DNA of 64,000 nucleotides from an uncultured archaeon (GCA_964558645.1 CAZLEV010000002.1:128001-192000), one strand, 5' to 3'. Counted from the stretch's first letter, positions 1-9,436 are shown. The notes: generated from the letters alone by a model not told the origin. Translations and numbers: made by a program.

Positions 1-52
1 TGTCCACTCCATCAACATAAGACTCGGGCATGCAGATTGTGACAACTTTCAC
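1..52 (-). CDS. Partial (N-terminus) ribbon-helix-helix / CopG-family regulator running off the window edge
   Basis: Minus strand from GTG at 52 reads MKVVTICMPESYVDGVD, the alternating beta-strand plus helix pattern of RHH proteins. Only 17 codons are visible. Confidence 0.5.
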   Translation of the reverse strand, partial: MKVVTICMPESYVDGVD

Positions 53-223
53 TTTTCTCGCCAGTCTATCAAGAACAAATGAGTCTAATATAGGGGTGTA
101 GGATTACCGTGCGTACCCAGATAATACTCGCTTGATGAAGAAACCTGTTCGGAATTGAACAGATTTAACAACAGTTGTGGGACTCTCGACAGCGTCATTT
201 GCGACCGTATCGAGTTGATAACT

Positions 224-508
224 ATGGGAAACAAAGGGAAAGTACGAGCCAGCCACATTCTTGTCCAGAAGCACAGTGATGCATTGAAAATCATCAGTAG
301 ACTAAACGAGGGCGAGGACTTCAAGAAACTCGCCAAGGAATTCAGCGAGTGTCCCTCCCGAAAGAAAGGAGGGGACCTGGGATGGTTTGCACGAGGACAG
401 ATGGTCAGGGAATTCGAGTCCGCTGTCTACAACATGAATGTGGGCCAGACAACACATGATCCTGTCAAGACAAAATTCGGATATCATGTGATCCGTAGAA
501 CCGGTTAG
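224..508 (+). CDS. ppiC: Parvulin-type peptidyl-prolyl cis-trans isomerase (single domain)
   Basis: VRASHILV, FKKLAKEFSECPS, GGDLGWF, MVREFE and VKTKFGYHVI motifs. ATG at 224 chosen over TTG at 155. Confidence 0.93.
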   Translation: MGNKGKVRASHILVQKHSDALKIISRLNEGEDFKKLAKEFSECPSRKKGGDLGWFARGQMVREFESAVYNMNVGQTTHDPVKTKFGYHVIRRTG

Positions 509-575
509 AACGAGAAATAGCAGTGTGCCAGTAAGCAGGGCCAACTGCGGGATATCAAGATAGCAAAAATGAAGG

Positions 576-604
576 ATGAAGCAAGGACAGGTTCCTTGCT
601 TCAT
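576..604. terminator. Perfect 12-bp hairpin between convergent ppiC and fbp genes
   Basis: ATGAAGCAAGGA(576-587)-CAGGT-TCCTTGCTTCAT(593-604), 8 nt past the fbp stop and followed on the minus strand by a T-run. Confidence 0.6.
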
Positions 605-612
605 GATATCTC

Positions 613-1770
613 TTATTCTACGGATGACTCTTCTTCTTTCTTAGATTTCTTCTCAGGGACTATCTCTTCCTCAGTAAAACGAGCTCCACACTTGTCGAGA
701 ACCCGTGGAAGTGTTGTGTATTCCATATCAAGGTCATGCAGTCTGTGAGGCATGAATGGCCCATGACGGCGTAGATAGTCCACTGTCTCCATTGCGCGCT
801 GTCGAGTGATATCAAAGGCTACGTCCTCGAAGAAGTCGATTGGACCAATGAGTTCTCCATTGGATATCTGGAAGCCTAATCCGATCACTCGCGGCGGGCC
901 GTCGAAACGAGTACAACGTGAGTCCTTGATTGCAACCGGCATTAGTGGCCCGATGTGGGAGCCACGCATCCATCCTGAAACCATGTGTGGGAGAGTGAAG
1001 GCCTCAAGCACCTCGCCCATGGCAGGAAGACCAGAATGCGCCCTTACTATGGCCACGGGGTCATCCTTCCCGATGTATTTGCCAGCAATCTGATGAAGCT
1101 TGTCGGTGCTGACTGCTGCGGCAATCATTCCATCACGGCGATATATCTTCTTGATTGTATAGCGACCGGTGCTGCCAAGAAGTGCGAGAAGGTCGTACAT
1201 GTCTTCAGGGCACACCATATCTACGTAGCAGGGTACTTCCTTCTTGATATCCTGAATGATGAATCGGAATCCTTGATGCAGATTAGGATCAATGACCAGC
1301 CCTGCAGTACAAAACGGATCTGCAAACATTCGGAAGAGCGGGAAGTTGAATGCACCAGGTTCGGTCTTGTCTGCCATGAATATGGCAAAGGGTTCAGATT
1401 TGCGTTCTTCGATGGTCATCTCGGCTGACCCTGGACCTTGCCCCTTCACATTCCCACTGAAAGTGTCGGCAAGAATGTCCTGACCGGCTGCATAGATCTT
1501 CTTCTTCCGGCCTAACTCCGCGCCTTCGAGGAAAGTATCCCAAGCCAATTGATGAACTTCCTCATTGTCCTCGCCCTTGTCATGAGTCATAATCAGCTCC
1601 AGGTCATCACCCGCGTGAGTCACATAGAAGTCTTTGATAGTCTTCTCATTGACTGCTTCTTTCAGTCGCTTCCTCGCTAATTCCAAGAGAAAGTCCGGAA
1701 CAATCACGTGGCCAGCAAGAGAACCTATGTCTGCTTTTATTACGCTAATAGTGGTCTCAACCATTCTCAA
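613..1770 (-). CDS. fbp: Bifunctional fructose-1,6-bisphosphate aldolase/phosphatase (class V FBPase)
   Basis: SVIKADIGSLAGH, GDDLELIMTH, GQDIL..FSGNVKGQGPG, DKTEPGAFN, YIGKDDP (catalytic Tyr and Schiff-base Lys) and GWMRGSH motifs. Confidence 0.96.
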   Translation of the reverse strand: MRMVETTISVIKADIGSLAGHVIVPDFLLELARKRLKEAVNEKTIKDFYVTHAGDDLELIMTHDKGEDNEEVHQLAWDTFLEGAELGRKKKIYAAGQDILADTFSGNVKGQGPGSAEMTIEERKSEPFAIFMADKTEPGAFNFPLFRMFADPFCTAGLVIDPNLHQGFRFIIQDIKKEVPCYVDMVCPEDMYDLLALLGSTGRYTIKKIYRRDGMIAAAVSTDKLHQIAGKYIGKDDPVAIVRAHSGLPAMGEVLEAFTLPHMVSGWMRGSHIGPLMPVAIKDSRCTRFDGPPRVIGLGFQISNGELIGPIDFFEDVAFDITRQRAMETVDYLRRHGPFMPHRLHDLDMEYTTLPRVLDKCGARFTEEEIVPEKKSKKEEESSVE

Positions 1771-1805
1771 CTTGCTCCTGATTCGATATACTTGATCTGA
1801 GAGCT

Positions 1806-1934
1806 GAGCATTGCTCCCGTGGGGACGTCGGACCCGAGAGTCCCGCCTAATAGGCGTGTCGGAAGCTCACCGACTCTTTTCGCCCTCACAGGGCGAACTG
1901 TTATACACCCATATAATAGTTTTCAGAAACTATT
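1806..1934 (-). promoter_or_regulatory. Hairpin-rich leader and palindrome upstream of fbp
   Basis: Stems GGGAC/GTCCC (1822-1844), CGCCT/AGGCG (1844-1856), GTCGG/CCGAC (1858-1874) and TTCGCCCT/AGGGCGAA (1879-1897). Palindrome AATAGTTT-N4-AAACTATT (1915-1934) lies beside a TATA-like TTATAT on the minus strand. Confidence 0.45.
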
Positions 1935-1946
1935 GTTAAACAGAGG

Positions 1947-2834
1947 TCATCCATTGCGCATAAGATTCTTGAGTTCCTTCGTGATACGCAGGGCATCCTC
2001 CCACTCGCGCTGCCAGAGATTACGCCCGAAGATCAGACCGGTAGCTCCCTGTTCTAGGCAAGTTCTGGCTCGGTGAAGGAGATCCTCATCCCCCAGTTTG
2101 CTGCCTCCTGAAAAGAGAACCAGCGTTTTCCCTGCTGAGTCAACCACCTTGCGGACCCGCTCTGCATATGTGAGTTCTAATTCATCATAGGGTGCAGGTT
2201 GCTCTGAACGTCGTTCAGGATCATCCTTGGGAACATTGAGTTTCACAACATCAGCACCGAGTTCACAGGCAACCCGCGCAGCATAGTCAACCGCGTAGAG
2301 CGAGTCACGGCCCCCCTTCTTTGCAATTGCCTCTCCACGGGGATAAGACCACATGATAACGGGCATACCAAATCTTTCTGCTTCTGCTCTCACGCTCTTG
2401 AACTGCATAATATCGGTATGCTGATTGGGACTTCCTACATACAGAGTATAGCCCACTGCATCTGCCCCTATCCTCACTGCATCCTCAACGCTAGCCGTCA
2501 GAGGAGAGAGAGCATGACTATCGGACGGGATGCGAGTCTTCCCGTTGACCTTGAGAACTATAGGTACCTGACCCGCATATTTCCGCGCATACTTCTCGGC
2601 CAGCCCGATGTGCAGCGCAATGCCCGAATATCCACCTTCTTTGGCCAGTCGAAACTGAAAGTCCGGGTCCGCAGACACTGGATTGGGGAAGAAATCAACA
2701 GGACCATGTTCAAGACCTTGGTCGATAGGGAGAATCAGCATGTGGCCGTTTCCAGGGCCATAGTCGTACAGCAGCCTCTGAAGACGTACTCTCTTTCCAA
2801 GACTCAAGTGCTCTAACTCATCAAGTTTCTTCAT
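1947..2834 (-). CDS. Class I fructose-bisphosphate aldolase (DhnA/FbaB type)
   Basis: LPIDQGLEHGP, GADAVGYTLYVGS, WSYPRG, YAARVACELGADVVK (Schiff-base Lys), SGG and FGRN motifs. Confidence 0.9.
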   Translation of the reverse strand: MKKLDELEHLSLGKRVRLQRLLYDYGPGNGHMLILPIDQGLEHGPVDFFPNPVSADPDFQFRLAKEGGYSGIALHIGLAEKYARKYAGQVPIVLKVNGKTRIPSDSHALSPLTASVEDAVRIGADAVGYTLYVGSPNQHTDIMQFKSVRAEAERFGMPVIMWSYPRGEAIAKKGGRDSLYAVDYAARVACELGADVVKLNVPKDDPERRSEQPAPYDELELTYAERVRKVVDSAGKTLVLFSGGSKLGDEDLLHRARTCLEQGATGLIFGRNLWQREWEDALRITKELKNLMRNG

Positions 2835-2940
2835 GGTTGTCCATCAAGTGGTATCTACATGACTACTTATGTGCTATGCAGTCCCTCTGTATAGCAGAAA
2901 GCCACAAATGACACCTACACCATAGTACCAGTGATTCATA

Positions 2941-3777
2941 ATGAATGATGATAGAGTATCGGCAACCAGACCAGAGACCCCTGACCGGCTTCAGTATCAT
3001 CTGGAGGTTGGAGAGGATGATGTGGCTCACATTGCCCTATTACCCGGAGACCCTCAACGTGTGAGGAGGATAAGCTCCTTCTGGGATGAAAGCGTTGAGG
3101 TCGCACACCATCGACAGTTTGTGACTCATACTGGCACCTACAGAGGCGTTCCGATATCAGCATGTTCCACCGGCATTGGAGGACCAGGTGCGGCCATAGT
3201 TATGGAGGAGCTTGCAAACGTTGGAGTTAGAGATTTCATCAGAGTTGGATCCTGTGCCACTCTCAAGGAAGACATCGAGATTGGAGACATCATCATATCA
3301 ACAGCTGCTGTCAGACTGGAGGGCACGAGTCGGCAGTACGTTCGGCCAGAGTTCCCAGCATCAGCATCTCACGAGGTCGTCCTGGCCATGATGGAGGCTG
3401 CTGACAGTCTCGGCTACAATTATCATCTTGGCATCACCGCCTCTACTGACTCGTTCTATCTGGGTCAATCTCGACCGGGATTTGGCGACTATATGCAGGA
3501 TGAGAGCCGCGAGTTGATTGACTACCTGACCAGAGCGAACGTCGCCAATTTTGAGATGGAGGCTGCAACCATCTTCACCTTGGGCAATATCTATGGCTTC
3601 AGAACCGGAGCGGCATGTGCAGTCTATGCCAATCGCGTCAAAGACGAGTTTACGGTAAAAGGGGAGGATGCCGTAATCAAATGCGGCAACGAAGCAGTGC
3701 GAATACTTGCGGAGATGGATGAAGAGAAAGAGACCTCCAAGAAGGAATACTGGCATCGCGGACTAGCACGCAAGTAA
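2941..3777 (+). CDS. udp: Uridine phosphorylase
   Basis: LLPGDPQRV, STGIGGP, FIRVGSC, RLEGTS, DSFYLGQSR and NFEMEAA motifs. Confidence 0.9.
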   Translation: MNDDRVSATRPETPDRLQYHLEVGEDDVAHIALLPGDPQRVRRISSFWDESVEVAHHRQFVTHTGTYRGVPISACSTGIGGPGAAIVMEELANVGVRDFIRVGSCATLKEDIEIGDIIISTAAVRLEGTSRQYVRPEFPASASHEVVLAMMEAADSLGYNYHLGITASTDSFYLGQSRPGFGDYMQDESRELIDYLTRANVANFEMEAATIFTLGNIYGFRTGAACAVYANRVKDEFTVKGEDAVIKCGNEAVRILAEMDEEKETSKKEYWHRGLARK

Positions 3778-3780
3778 CAT

Positions 3781-5595
3781 CTACTTGCCAACATAGTAGT
3801 AATTGCCTGCGGCCTTCTGCTCTTGGTCCAGCCGAGAGCCTCTCTTGTTGACCCTTGGTCGACCTGTCTGCGGGTCCCTCCTGAAGGTCACACCCATACG
3901 CTTCAGAAACATGTTCATTCCTGTCTTCAGAGTGAGAACAGAGGAGGCAACACCCCGTTTTCCTGGAGTGCCATCGAAGACTACCATGCTGTCACTCATA
4001 TAGTCAGCCATCAAAATAGAGTGCTCAACCACAAAAGCGGTACTCAATTTGGCCTGAATCGTGCGCCTGATAGCACTTGAAGTTGCCAGACGCTGTTCGA
4101 TGTCAAGGAAGGCTGACGGCTCGTCAAAGAGATAGATATCTGCATTCTTCGCAAGACATGCAGCAATGGCAGCTCTCTGGAGCTCTCCTCCGCTCAGATC
4201 AGCAACGGCATGATCCAGAAGGTGGTCCAACTGGAGCTTGTTGACTACTGATGTCTTGAAATCAGGGCTATCTGCCGTGGGTCCCCCGGCGTCACGCAGG
4301 TAGAGCCTGACGGTGCCGGGATACTCTTGGCTGATATACTGCGGTTTGTAGCTCACTTTCAAATCGAAGCCGCTTGCCGTTCGGGTGGGAATCTCACCCT
4401 CATCAGGCTGCAGTTCTCCAGCCAGCATCTTCACGAAGGTCGTCTTCCCGATACCGTTGGGGCCTAGTATGCCTACGAGCTGTCCCTTGGATATCTTACC
4501 GCCTCTCACTTTGAGTTCAAAGTCATCGAACCGTTTGATTATGTCCCCGTACTCCACCAGAGTCTCCGTGCCCCTGAACTCCTGATCTTCACCTGTCATG
4601 CCCTTGAAAGAGATTGACGTGTCGCGAAACCGCATGTTTTCGTCTGGGATGTAGCCGTCAAGGAAGATGTTCACACCCACTCTGGTGCTATGAGGATGCG
4701 AAACAATGCCGTACACGCCCGGGTCGCCATAGAACATGCAGACAAGATCAGAAACATAGTCCAGGATAGAGAGATCGTGCTCGACCACAACAACCGTCTT
4801 CCCCCGATCAGACAGGTCACGTATCGCACGGGCCACTCGGAGTCGCTCACGCACGTCTAGGTAGGCTGTCGGTTCGTCAAAGAAGTAGATGTCGCCATCA
4901 CGGACGATTGCAGCAGTTATGGCCACACGCTGAAGCTCGCCCCCGCTCAAGTGTCTGACCTCCCGATCCCAGATGTCACCGAGGTTCATGTCTTCCTTCA
5001 GTTCGTCAAGACGGTCGCTCTCGTCTGTCGATTCAAGCAGATCCCTGATGGGCTGTCCTGCAATAGACTTCAACTTCGGAAGCTCTGTGATGGTCTGTGG
5101 TTTATGTATGGCCTTTATGTCCCCCGACTGCATCTTCTCGAAGAAGGGCTGCAGCTCTGACCCGCGGTATTCTAGGATTATCTCGTCCCAATCCGGAGGG
5201 TCATCGATCCGACCAAAATTGGGGCGGATTTCTCCTGCGAGAATGCGGATGGCAGTGGTCTTGCCGACTCCATTGGGGCCGATGAGTCCCAGCACTTGCC
5301 CCTCCTTTGGGATAGGCAGTCGGAACAACTGGAATGCGTTCTTGCCGTATCGATGACTGGCATCAGTCTGGAGTTTCTCGGGGAGGTTAACTACACTGAT
5401 AACATGATAGGGACACTTCTTCACGCATATCCCCTCACCAGAACAGAGCTCTTCCACTATAACAGGAGGTTTGTCTGGCCCGTCGGGAAAGACCACTGTT
5501 TCATCACCAGTACGGACTCTCGGGCAGAATCTCCTGCACTCGTGTGTACAATCCTTTGGCCTGCATCTATCCCGGTCGATGACGGCAATTCGCAT
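3781..5595 (-). CDS. rli: Ribosome recycling ATPase ABCE1/RLI
   Basis: N-terminal Fe-S domain (CRPKDCTHECRRFCP...CSGEGICVKKCP), two NBDs (GPNGVGKT, GPNGIGKT, LSGGELQR twice) and C-terminal FRRDPQTGRPRVNK. ATG at 5595. Confidence 0.97.
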   Translation of the reverse strand: MRIAVIDRDRCRPKDCTHECRRFCPRVRTGDETVVFPDGPDKPPVIVEELCSGEGICVKKCPYHVISVVNLPEKLQTDASHRYGKNAFQLFRLPIPKEGQVLGLIGPNGVGKTTAIRILAGEIRPNFGRIDDPPDWDEIILEYRGSELQPFFEKMQSGDIKAIHKPQTITELPKLKSIAGQPIRDLLESTDESDRLDELKEDMNLGDIWDREVRHLSGGELQRVAITAAIVRDGDIYFFDEPTAYLDVRERLRVARAIRDLSDRGKTVVVVEHDLSILDYVSDLVCMFYGDPGVYGIVSHPHSTRVGVNIFLDGYIPDENMRFRDTSISFKGMTGEDQEFRGTETLVEYGDIIKRFDDFELKVRGGKISKGQLVGILGPNGIGKTTFVKMLAGELQPDEGEIPTRTASGFDLKVSYKPQYISQEYPGTVRLYLRDAGGPTADSPDFKTSVVNKLQLDHLLDHAVADLSGGELQRAAIAACLAKNADIYLFDEPSAFLDIEQRLATSSAIRRTIQAKLSTAFVVEHSILMADYMSDSMVVFDGTPGKRGVASSVLTLKTGMNMFLKRMGVTFRRDPQTGRPRVNKRGSRLDQEQKAAGNYYYVGK

Positions 5596-5728
5596 GGTAT
5601 TCACTGCTCCTATGTGTGGTCCGGAGTGTGTTGACTTCGAATCGTATATAGCGCTTTGGCTCTGGTGGGAAGTGCTGAATCGGAAACCCTTTTGTGAGTA
5701 AACTGAAGTCTTGATGGTGAGTTTCACA

Positions 5729-5956
5729 ATGAGTCTACTTGACAGATTACTGAGTCTATTCGGTCGGGGGCCGGGGGAAGTTCTTGGTGCAGTTTCACAG
5801 CCAGCTGACCTTCTAGATTTTGTGTATCGTGTCAGAAATCAGACCTATCAAAGGATCACCGGAAAGAGTATTCCACCGTTCTATGTTCCCGGGCTGAAGC
5901 AGAAGCAAGAGACTGGAACGAGTCTGTCACACCTTAGAAGGGTGATCAGAAGATAG
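5729..5956 (+). CDS. Small hypothetical protein divergent from ABCE1
   Basis: 75-aa ORF filling an intergenic gap, with an amphipathic start (MSLLDRLLSLFG). No recognised motif. Confidence 0.45.
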   Translation: MSLLDRLLSLFGRGPGEVLGAVSQPADLLDFVYRVRNQTYQRITGKSIPPFYVPGLKQKQETGTSLSHLRRVIRR

Positions 5957-6045
5957 TCAATGCCAGATGACAGCATCTCTCTTTTGTGTATACATCGTGA
6001 AACTAATGTGTACGTAGAGTAGTTCTTCAACGAGGCGGTATACCC

Positions 6046-6456
6046 TTGAGTGACTTCGTGTGTAATCACAACGGCAAATGTGATCATGTGAGGGTCTGCT
6101 GCACCGAGACCGAGATGACACTGACTCAAGAGGATATCGAACGGATAGAGGGACTAGGGTATTCGCGTCATGACTTCATCGTCGATGCAGATGACGGATT
6201 CTCAGAACTGAGAAACGTGGATGGATTGTGCTTTTTCTATGACCCGGAGAAGCACAAATGCCGCATCTACAAGCATCGGCCCGAGGGTTGCCAGTACTAC
6301 CCAGTGGTGTACGATTTTCGCAAGAAGAAGTGTGTTGTTGACAGAGATTGCCCCTCCTGGGAGACCATGGACGAGGCAACAATAGAGAGAATCTGTCCCA
6401 AGGTCAAATCACTTGTCGAGAAACTGGTCAAGGAGGCGACCCAGACTGAAGAATAG
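6046..6456 (+). CDS. YkgJ-family Cys-cluster (Zn/Fe-S) protein
   Basis: C..C....CC, LCFFYD...CRIYKHRPEGCQYYP and a further C...C. Confidence 0.85.
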   Translation: MSDFVCNHNGKCDHVRVCCTETEMTLTQEDIERIEGLGYSRHDFIVDADDGFSELRNVDGLCFFYDPEKHKCRIYKHRPEGCQYYPVVYDFRKKKCVVDRDCPSWETMDEATIERICPKVKSLVEKLVKEATQTEE

Positions 6457-7315
6457 AGCAGATCTTCATACTCACTCCAATGTTTCAGATGGAGTTGACC
6501 CACCTCCAAGACTGGTCGAGATGGCACATAGGATGGGCTTGGGAGCTGTTGCACTCACAGATCATGACACGCTCGATGGGCTGGGAGAGTTTCTTGGTGC
6601 AGGTAATCATGAAGGCTTGAAACTCATTCCAGGTGTAGAAATCAGCACATCCTACCGCGGAAAAGAAGCACATCTGCTGGGCTATTTTACACCGCCAGAT
6701 GCGACCAGACTGCAGAAGAGACTGAAGTGGCTCGAAGATGTTAGAAAGCGAAGATTCCCTAAAATGCTGGATAGACTTGAGGAGCTTGATATCGAGTTCT
6801 CAGAAAAGCAGATTGACGATATTATGGAGGGGGTACAGACGCCCGGTCGCCCTCATCTGGCGAGACTTTTGGTGGAGAGTGGAGTTGTGGAGGACACCGT
6901 TGAGGCCTTTGATCAATATCTTGGAAAGGGAAAGCCCGCCTATGTGAGGAAAGACCTGATGGATATCAAGGAGGGTATAGCACTTCTTCGGGAGGCGGGA
7001 AGCGTACCCGTGCTTGCACACCCGTTCACTGTGAAACTTGACAACCTGTATGAAGATCTGAGAGAGCTAAAGCAGAGCGGAATGCTGGGTGTAGAGGTCA
7101 ACTACGAGTATGGTCATCTTCACATCGATGCAGACAAGGAAGAACTGGCTCGCACCGCGGATAGATTGGACCTGATCAAGACAGGGGGCAGTGACCATCA
7201 TGGAGATGAGGCAAGGCACATGATGGGGAGCGTGACTGTTGCTATTGAGGTGGTGGAGAGTCTATCCATTGCTTCAATTGAGCTGGGCGGAGAGGGACTT
7301 GAAACGGGGCGGTGA
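6413..7315 (+). CDS. PHP-domain phosphoesterase (TrpH/YciV-like)
   Basis: DLHTHSNVSDG, ALTDHD, GVEIS, HLLGY, GRPHLA, LAHP and GGSDHHG motifs. The start may be CTG at 6446. Confidence 0.92.
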   Translation: MSRNWSRRRPRLKNRADLHTHSNVSDGVDPPPRLVEMAHRMGLGAVALTDHDTLDGLGEFLGAGNHEGLKLIPGVEISTSYRGKEAHLLGYFTPPDATRLQKRLKWLEDVRKRRFPKMLDRLEELDIEFSEKQIDDIMEGVQTPGRPHLARLLVESGVVEDTVEAFDQYLGKGKPAYVRKDLMDIKEGIALLREAGSVPVLAHPFTVKLDNLYEDLRELKQSGMLGVEVNYEYGHLHIDADKEELARTADRLDLIKTGGSDHHGDEARHMMGSVTVAIEVVESLSIASIELGGEGLETGR

Positions 7316-7318
7316 TTC

Positions 7319-7810
7319 ATGACCAGATTTGTGGTGGATGCAATGCTGGGTAAGGTCGCACTCTGGCTCAGATTGACGGGGAACGATACATTCTACTCTA
7401 CTGATGCTGAGGACGAGGATTTACTCACTCTGGCCGAAGAAGAAGGCCGTGTACTGCTGACTTCAGACGGGGACCTCCACAAGAGAGCTATGAAGCAGGA
7501 TCTAAAGAGCCATCTTCTCAGAGGATCTGTGGACGAGAAGGTTGCAGAAGTCTTCGAGACCTTCGACATCAGGCCAAGAGTAGACCCCTCCACTGCCAGA
7601 TGCTCCAAGTGTAACGGCAATCTGAGAGAGCTTGAGGGCCAAGAAAAGAGCATCATAAAGGACAAGGTGTATCCACGGACGTACAACCACTATGACGTGT
7701 TCTGGTTATGCGAGGATTGCGGAAGCGTATACTTCCAGGGTGGATACTGGAAGAATGTTGTGGAATACATGAACAGAATTGACCAGATGATGAACCAAAG
7801 GCATGCTTGA
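7319..7810 (+). CDS. Mut7-C RNase (PIN fold) with zinc ribbon
   Basis: FVVDAMLGKVALWLRLTG, RVLLTSD, RCSKCNG and CEDCGSVYFQGGYW. Confidence 0.88.
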   Translation: MTRFVVDAMLGKVALWLRLTGNDTFYSTDAEDEDLLTLAEEEGRVLLTSDGDLHKRAMKQDLKSHLLRGSVDEKVAEVFETFDIRPRVDPSTARCSKCNGNLRELEGQEKSIIKDKVYPRTYNHYDVFWLCEDCGSVYFQGGYWKNVVEYMNRIDQMMNQRHA

Positions 7811-7825
7811 TTGTTCGGAGTTCTA

Positions 7826-8275
7826 TTATCTCTCTCTTACCTTGATGGCATACTCTATCGGAATGCAGTCTTTGGTCGACCTAGTGAGAGGACAGTATTT
7901 CTTGGCCAGCTCGACGCATCGCTCACCGAGATAGAGAGCATCCTCACCAACTTCCACTTCTCCTGTGACCAGCAGTTTCGTGATGGAATATCCCTCTCCA
8001 TCGAACTGAACGATAAGCTTCCCCTCCAGAGAGAAGGAGATCAGCTCCAGCTCCGAACGCCGCTTGACATCGAGGAAGGTATTGTTGAGGCAGCCGAGCA
8101 CGCCTGCGATGAATAACCTATAGGGACATAGTCCCTGACCTCGACCACCGTATGTTTCTGGAGTGTCAAAGACTAGCTCTGACGCCCTGAGCCTGGCAAT
8201 GCCACCGGTCTTGCCGTCCCATTCCGTACTAGCGACGTATTCCATCGTTTCAGGGTACTTGGGTCTCGACTTCAA
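7826..8275 (-). CDS. OsmC/Ohr-family protein
   Basis: DTPETYGGRGQGLCP...VLGC and AKKYCPL (two conserved Cys). Confidence 0.85.
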   Translation of the reverse strand: MKSRPKYPETMEYVASTEWDGKTGGIARLRASELVFDTPETYGGRGQGLCPYRLFIAGVLGCLNNTFLDVKRRSELELISFSLEGKLIVQFDGEGYSITKLLVTGEVEVGEDALYLGERCVELAKKYCPLTRSTKDCIPIEYAIKVRER

Positions 8276-8388
8276 AACTGAGTCCTCAAGCGCGAGGTCT
8301 CGAATGTCACATTAAGGGTTTTGGTTAGTACTGGCGCCGAGCAATCAATTTATACAACACAATCCAGAAACCGAGTAAGGGATATACT

Positions 8389-9432
8389 GTGAGTCCGAAG
8401 ATGAAAGCCGCGATGTTCTATGATGTGGGAGATGTAAGATACATCGAAACAGACATACCTCAGATAGGCCCCCGAGAGATACTCATCAAAGTGCATGCCG
8501 CCCTCACATGTGGAACTGATGTCAAGACATACAAACGAGGACATCCGCTCCTGCTCCAGAATGCCCCCTCTCTCTTTGGTCACGAGTATGCGGGAACAGT
8601 GGAAAGAACCGGAGATGAAGTAGAGGAGTTTCAACCAGGGATGAGAGTCGTGGCAACAAACTCGGCACCCTGTGGCACCTGTTTCTTCTGCAAACGAGGA
8701 AGGCCCAATCTCTGTCCCCAGCTGAAGAGGACACTTGTCAACGGAGCCTTTGCCGAGTATATCAGGGTCCCCGAGGCTGTTGTGAGATGGAACACCCATC
8801 AGATTCCGGATACCCTTTCATTCAGAGATGCAGCCCTCACCGAGCCCTTGGCCTGTGTTGTTCACGGCATAGAAGAGGCGGGTATCAGACTCGGCGATAC
8901 CGTTGCCATCATCGGAGCGGGACCCATAGGTCAGATGATGATAATGCTTGCGAAGAAGAGCGGTGCGTCTACCGTCGTGGTATCAGATCTTGTAGAGCTC
9001 CGGAGAGAGATGGCCCTTAAGTCGGGAGCAGACCGTGTGATCGACCCGGGTGTAGAAGACCCTGTGGCTGTAGTCAAGGAGATCACGGATGGTTATGGAG
9101 CAGATGTGGCAATTGAGGCCGTAGGACTGCCAAAGACCTGGGAGCAGGCAGTAGAGATGACAAGAGATGCGGGTACAACCGTCTTGTTTGGTGGTGCGGC
9201 ATCGGGCTCGAAGTTCGAGATTGACACGGGGCGCTTCCACTACGGACAGCTCACCATAAAGGGCGTCTTCCATCTGACCCCAAGACATGTGAAACAGGCG
9301 TTACGACTCCTCATTGCAGGGGATATCGACCCGGATATTCTCATTTCTCACGAGATGCCTCTTAGCAGAATCAAAGAAGCATTAGAGATGATGGGTCGGG
9401 GCGAGAGTATGAAGATAGCAATCAAGCCGTAG
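8389..9432 (+). CDS. Zn-dependent alcohol/polyol dehydrogenase (MDR family)
   Basis: CGTD, GHE, CGTCFFCKRGRPNLC, EPLAC and GAGPIG motifs. Confidence 0.93.
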   Translation: MSPKMKAAMFYDVGDVRYIETDIPQIGPREILIKVHAALTCGTDVKTYKRGHPLLLQNAPSLFGHEYAGTVERTGDEVEEFQPGMRVVATNSAPCGTCFFCKRGRPNLCPQLKRTLVNGAFAEYIRVPEAVVRWNTHQIPDTLSFRDAALTEPLACVVHGIEEAGIRLGDTVAIIGAGPIGQMMIMLAKKSGASTVVVSDLVELRREMALKSGADRVIDPGVEDPVAVVKEITDGYGADVAIEAVGLPKTWEQAVEMTRDAGTTVLFGGAASGSKFEIDTGRFHYGQLTIKGVFHLTPRHVKQALRLLIAGDIDPDILISHEMPLSRIKEALEMMGRGESMKIAIKP

Positions 9433-9436
9433 AGTA

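Noticed and set aside
5596-5727. Long N-terminal extensions in the ORF track (ABCE1, 12956 ATPase, GmrSD, CBS, CGL)
   Set aside because: Family homology begins at downstream ATGs, several with good RBS-like motifs; the extensions are artefacts of taking the first start codon.
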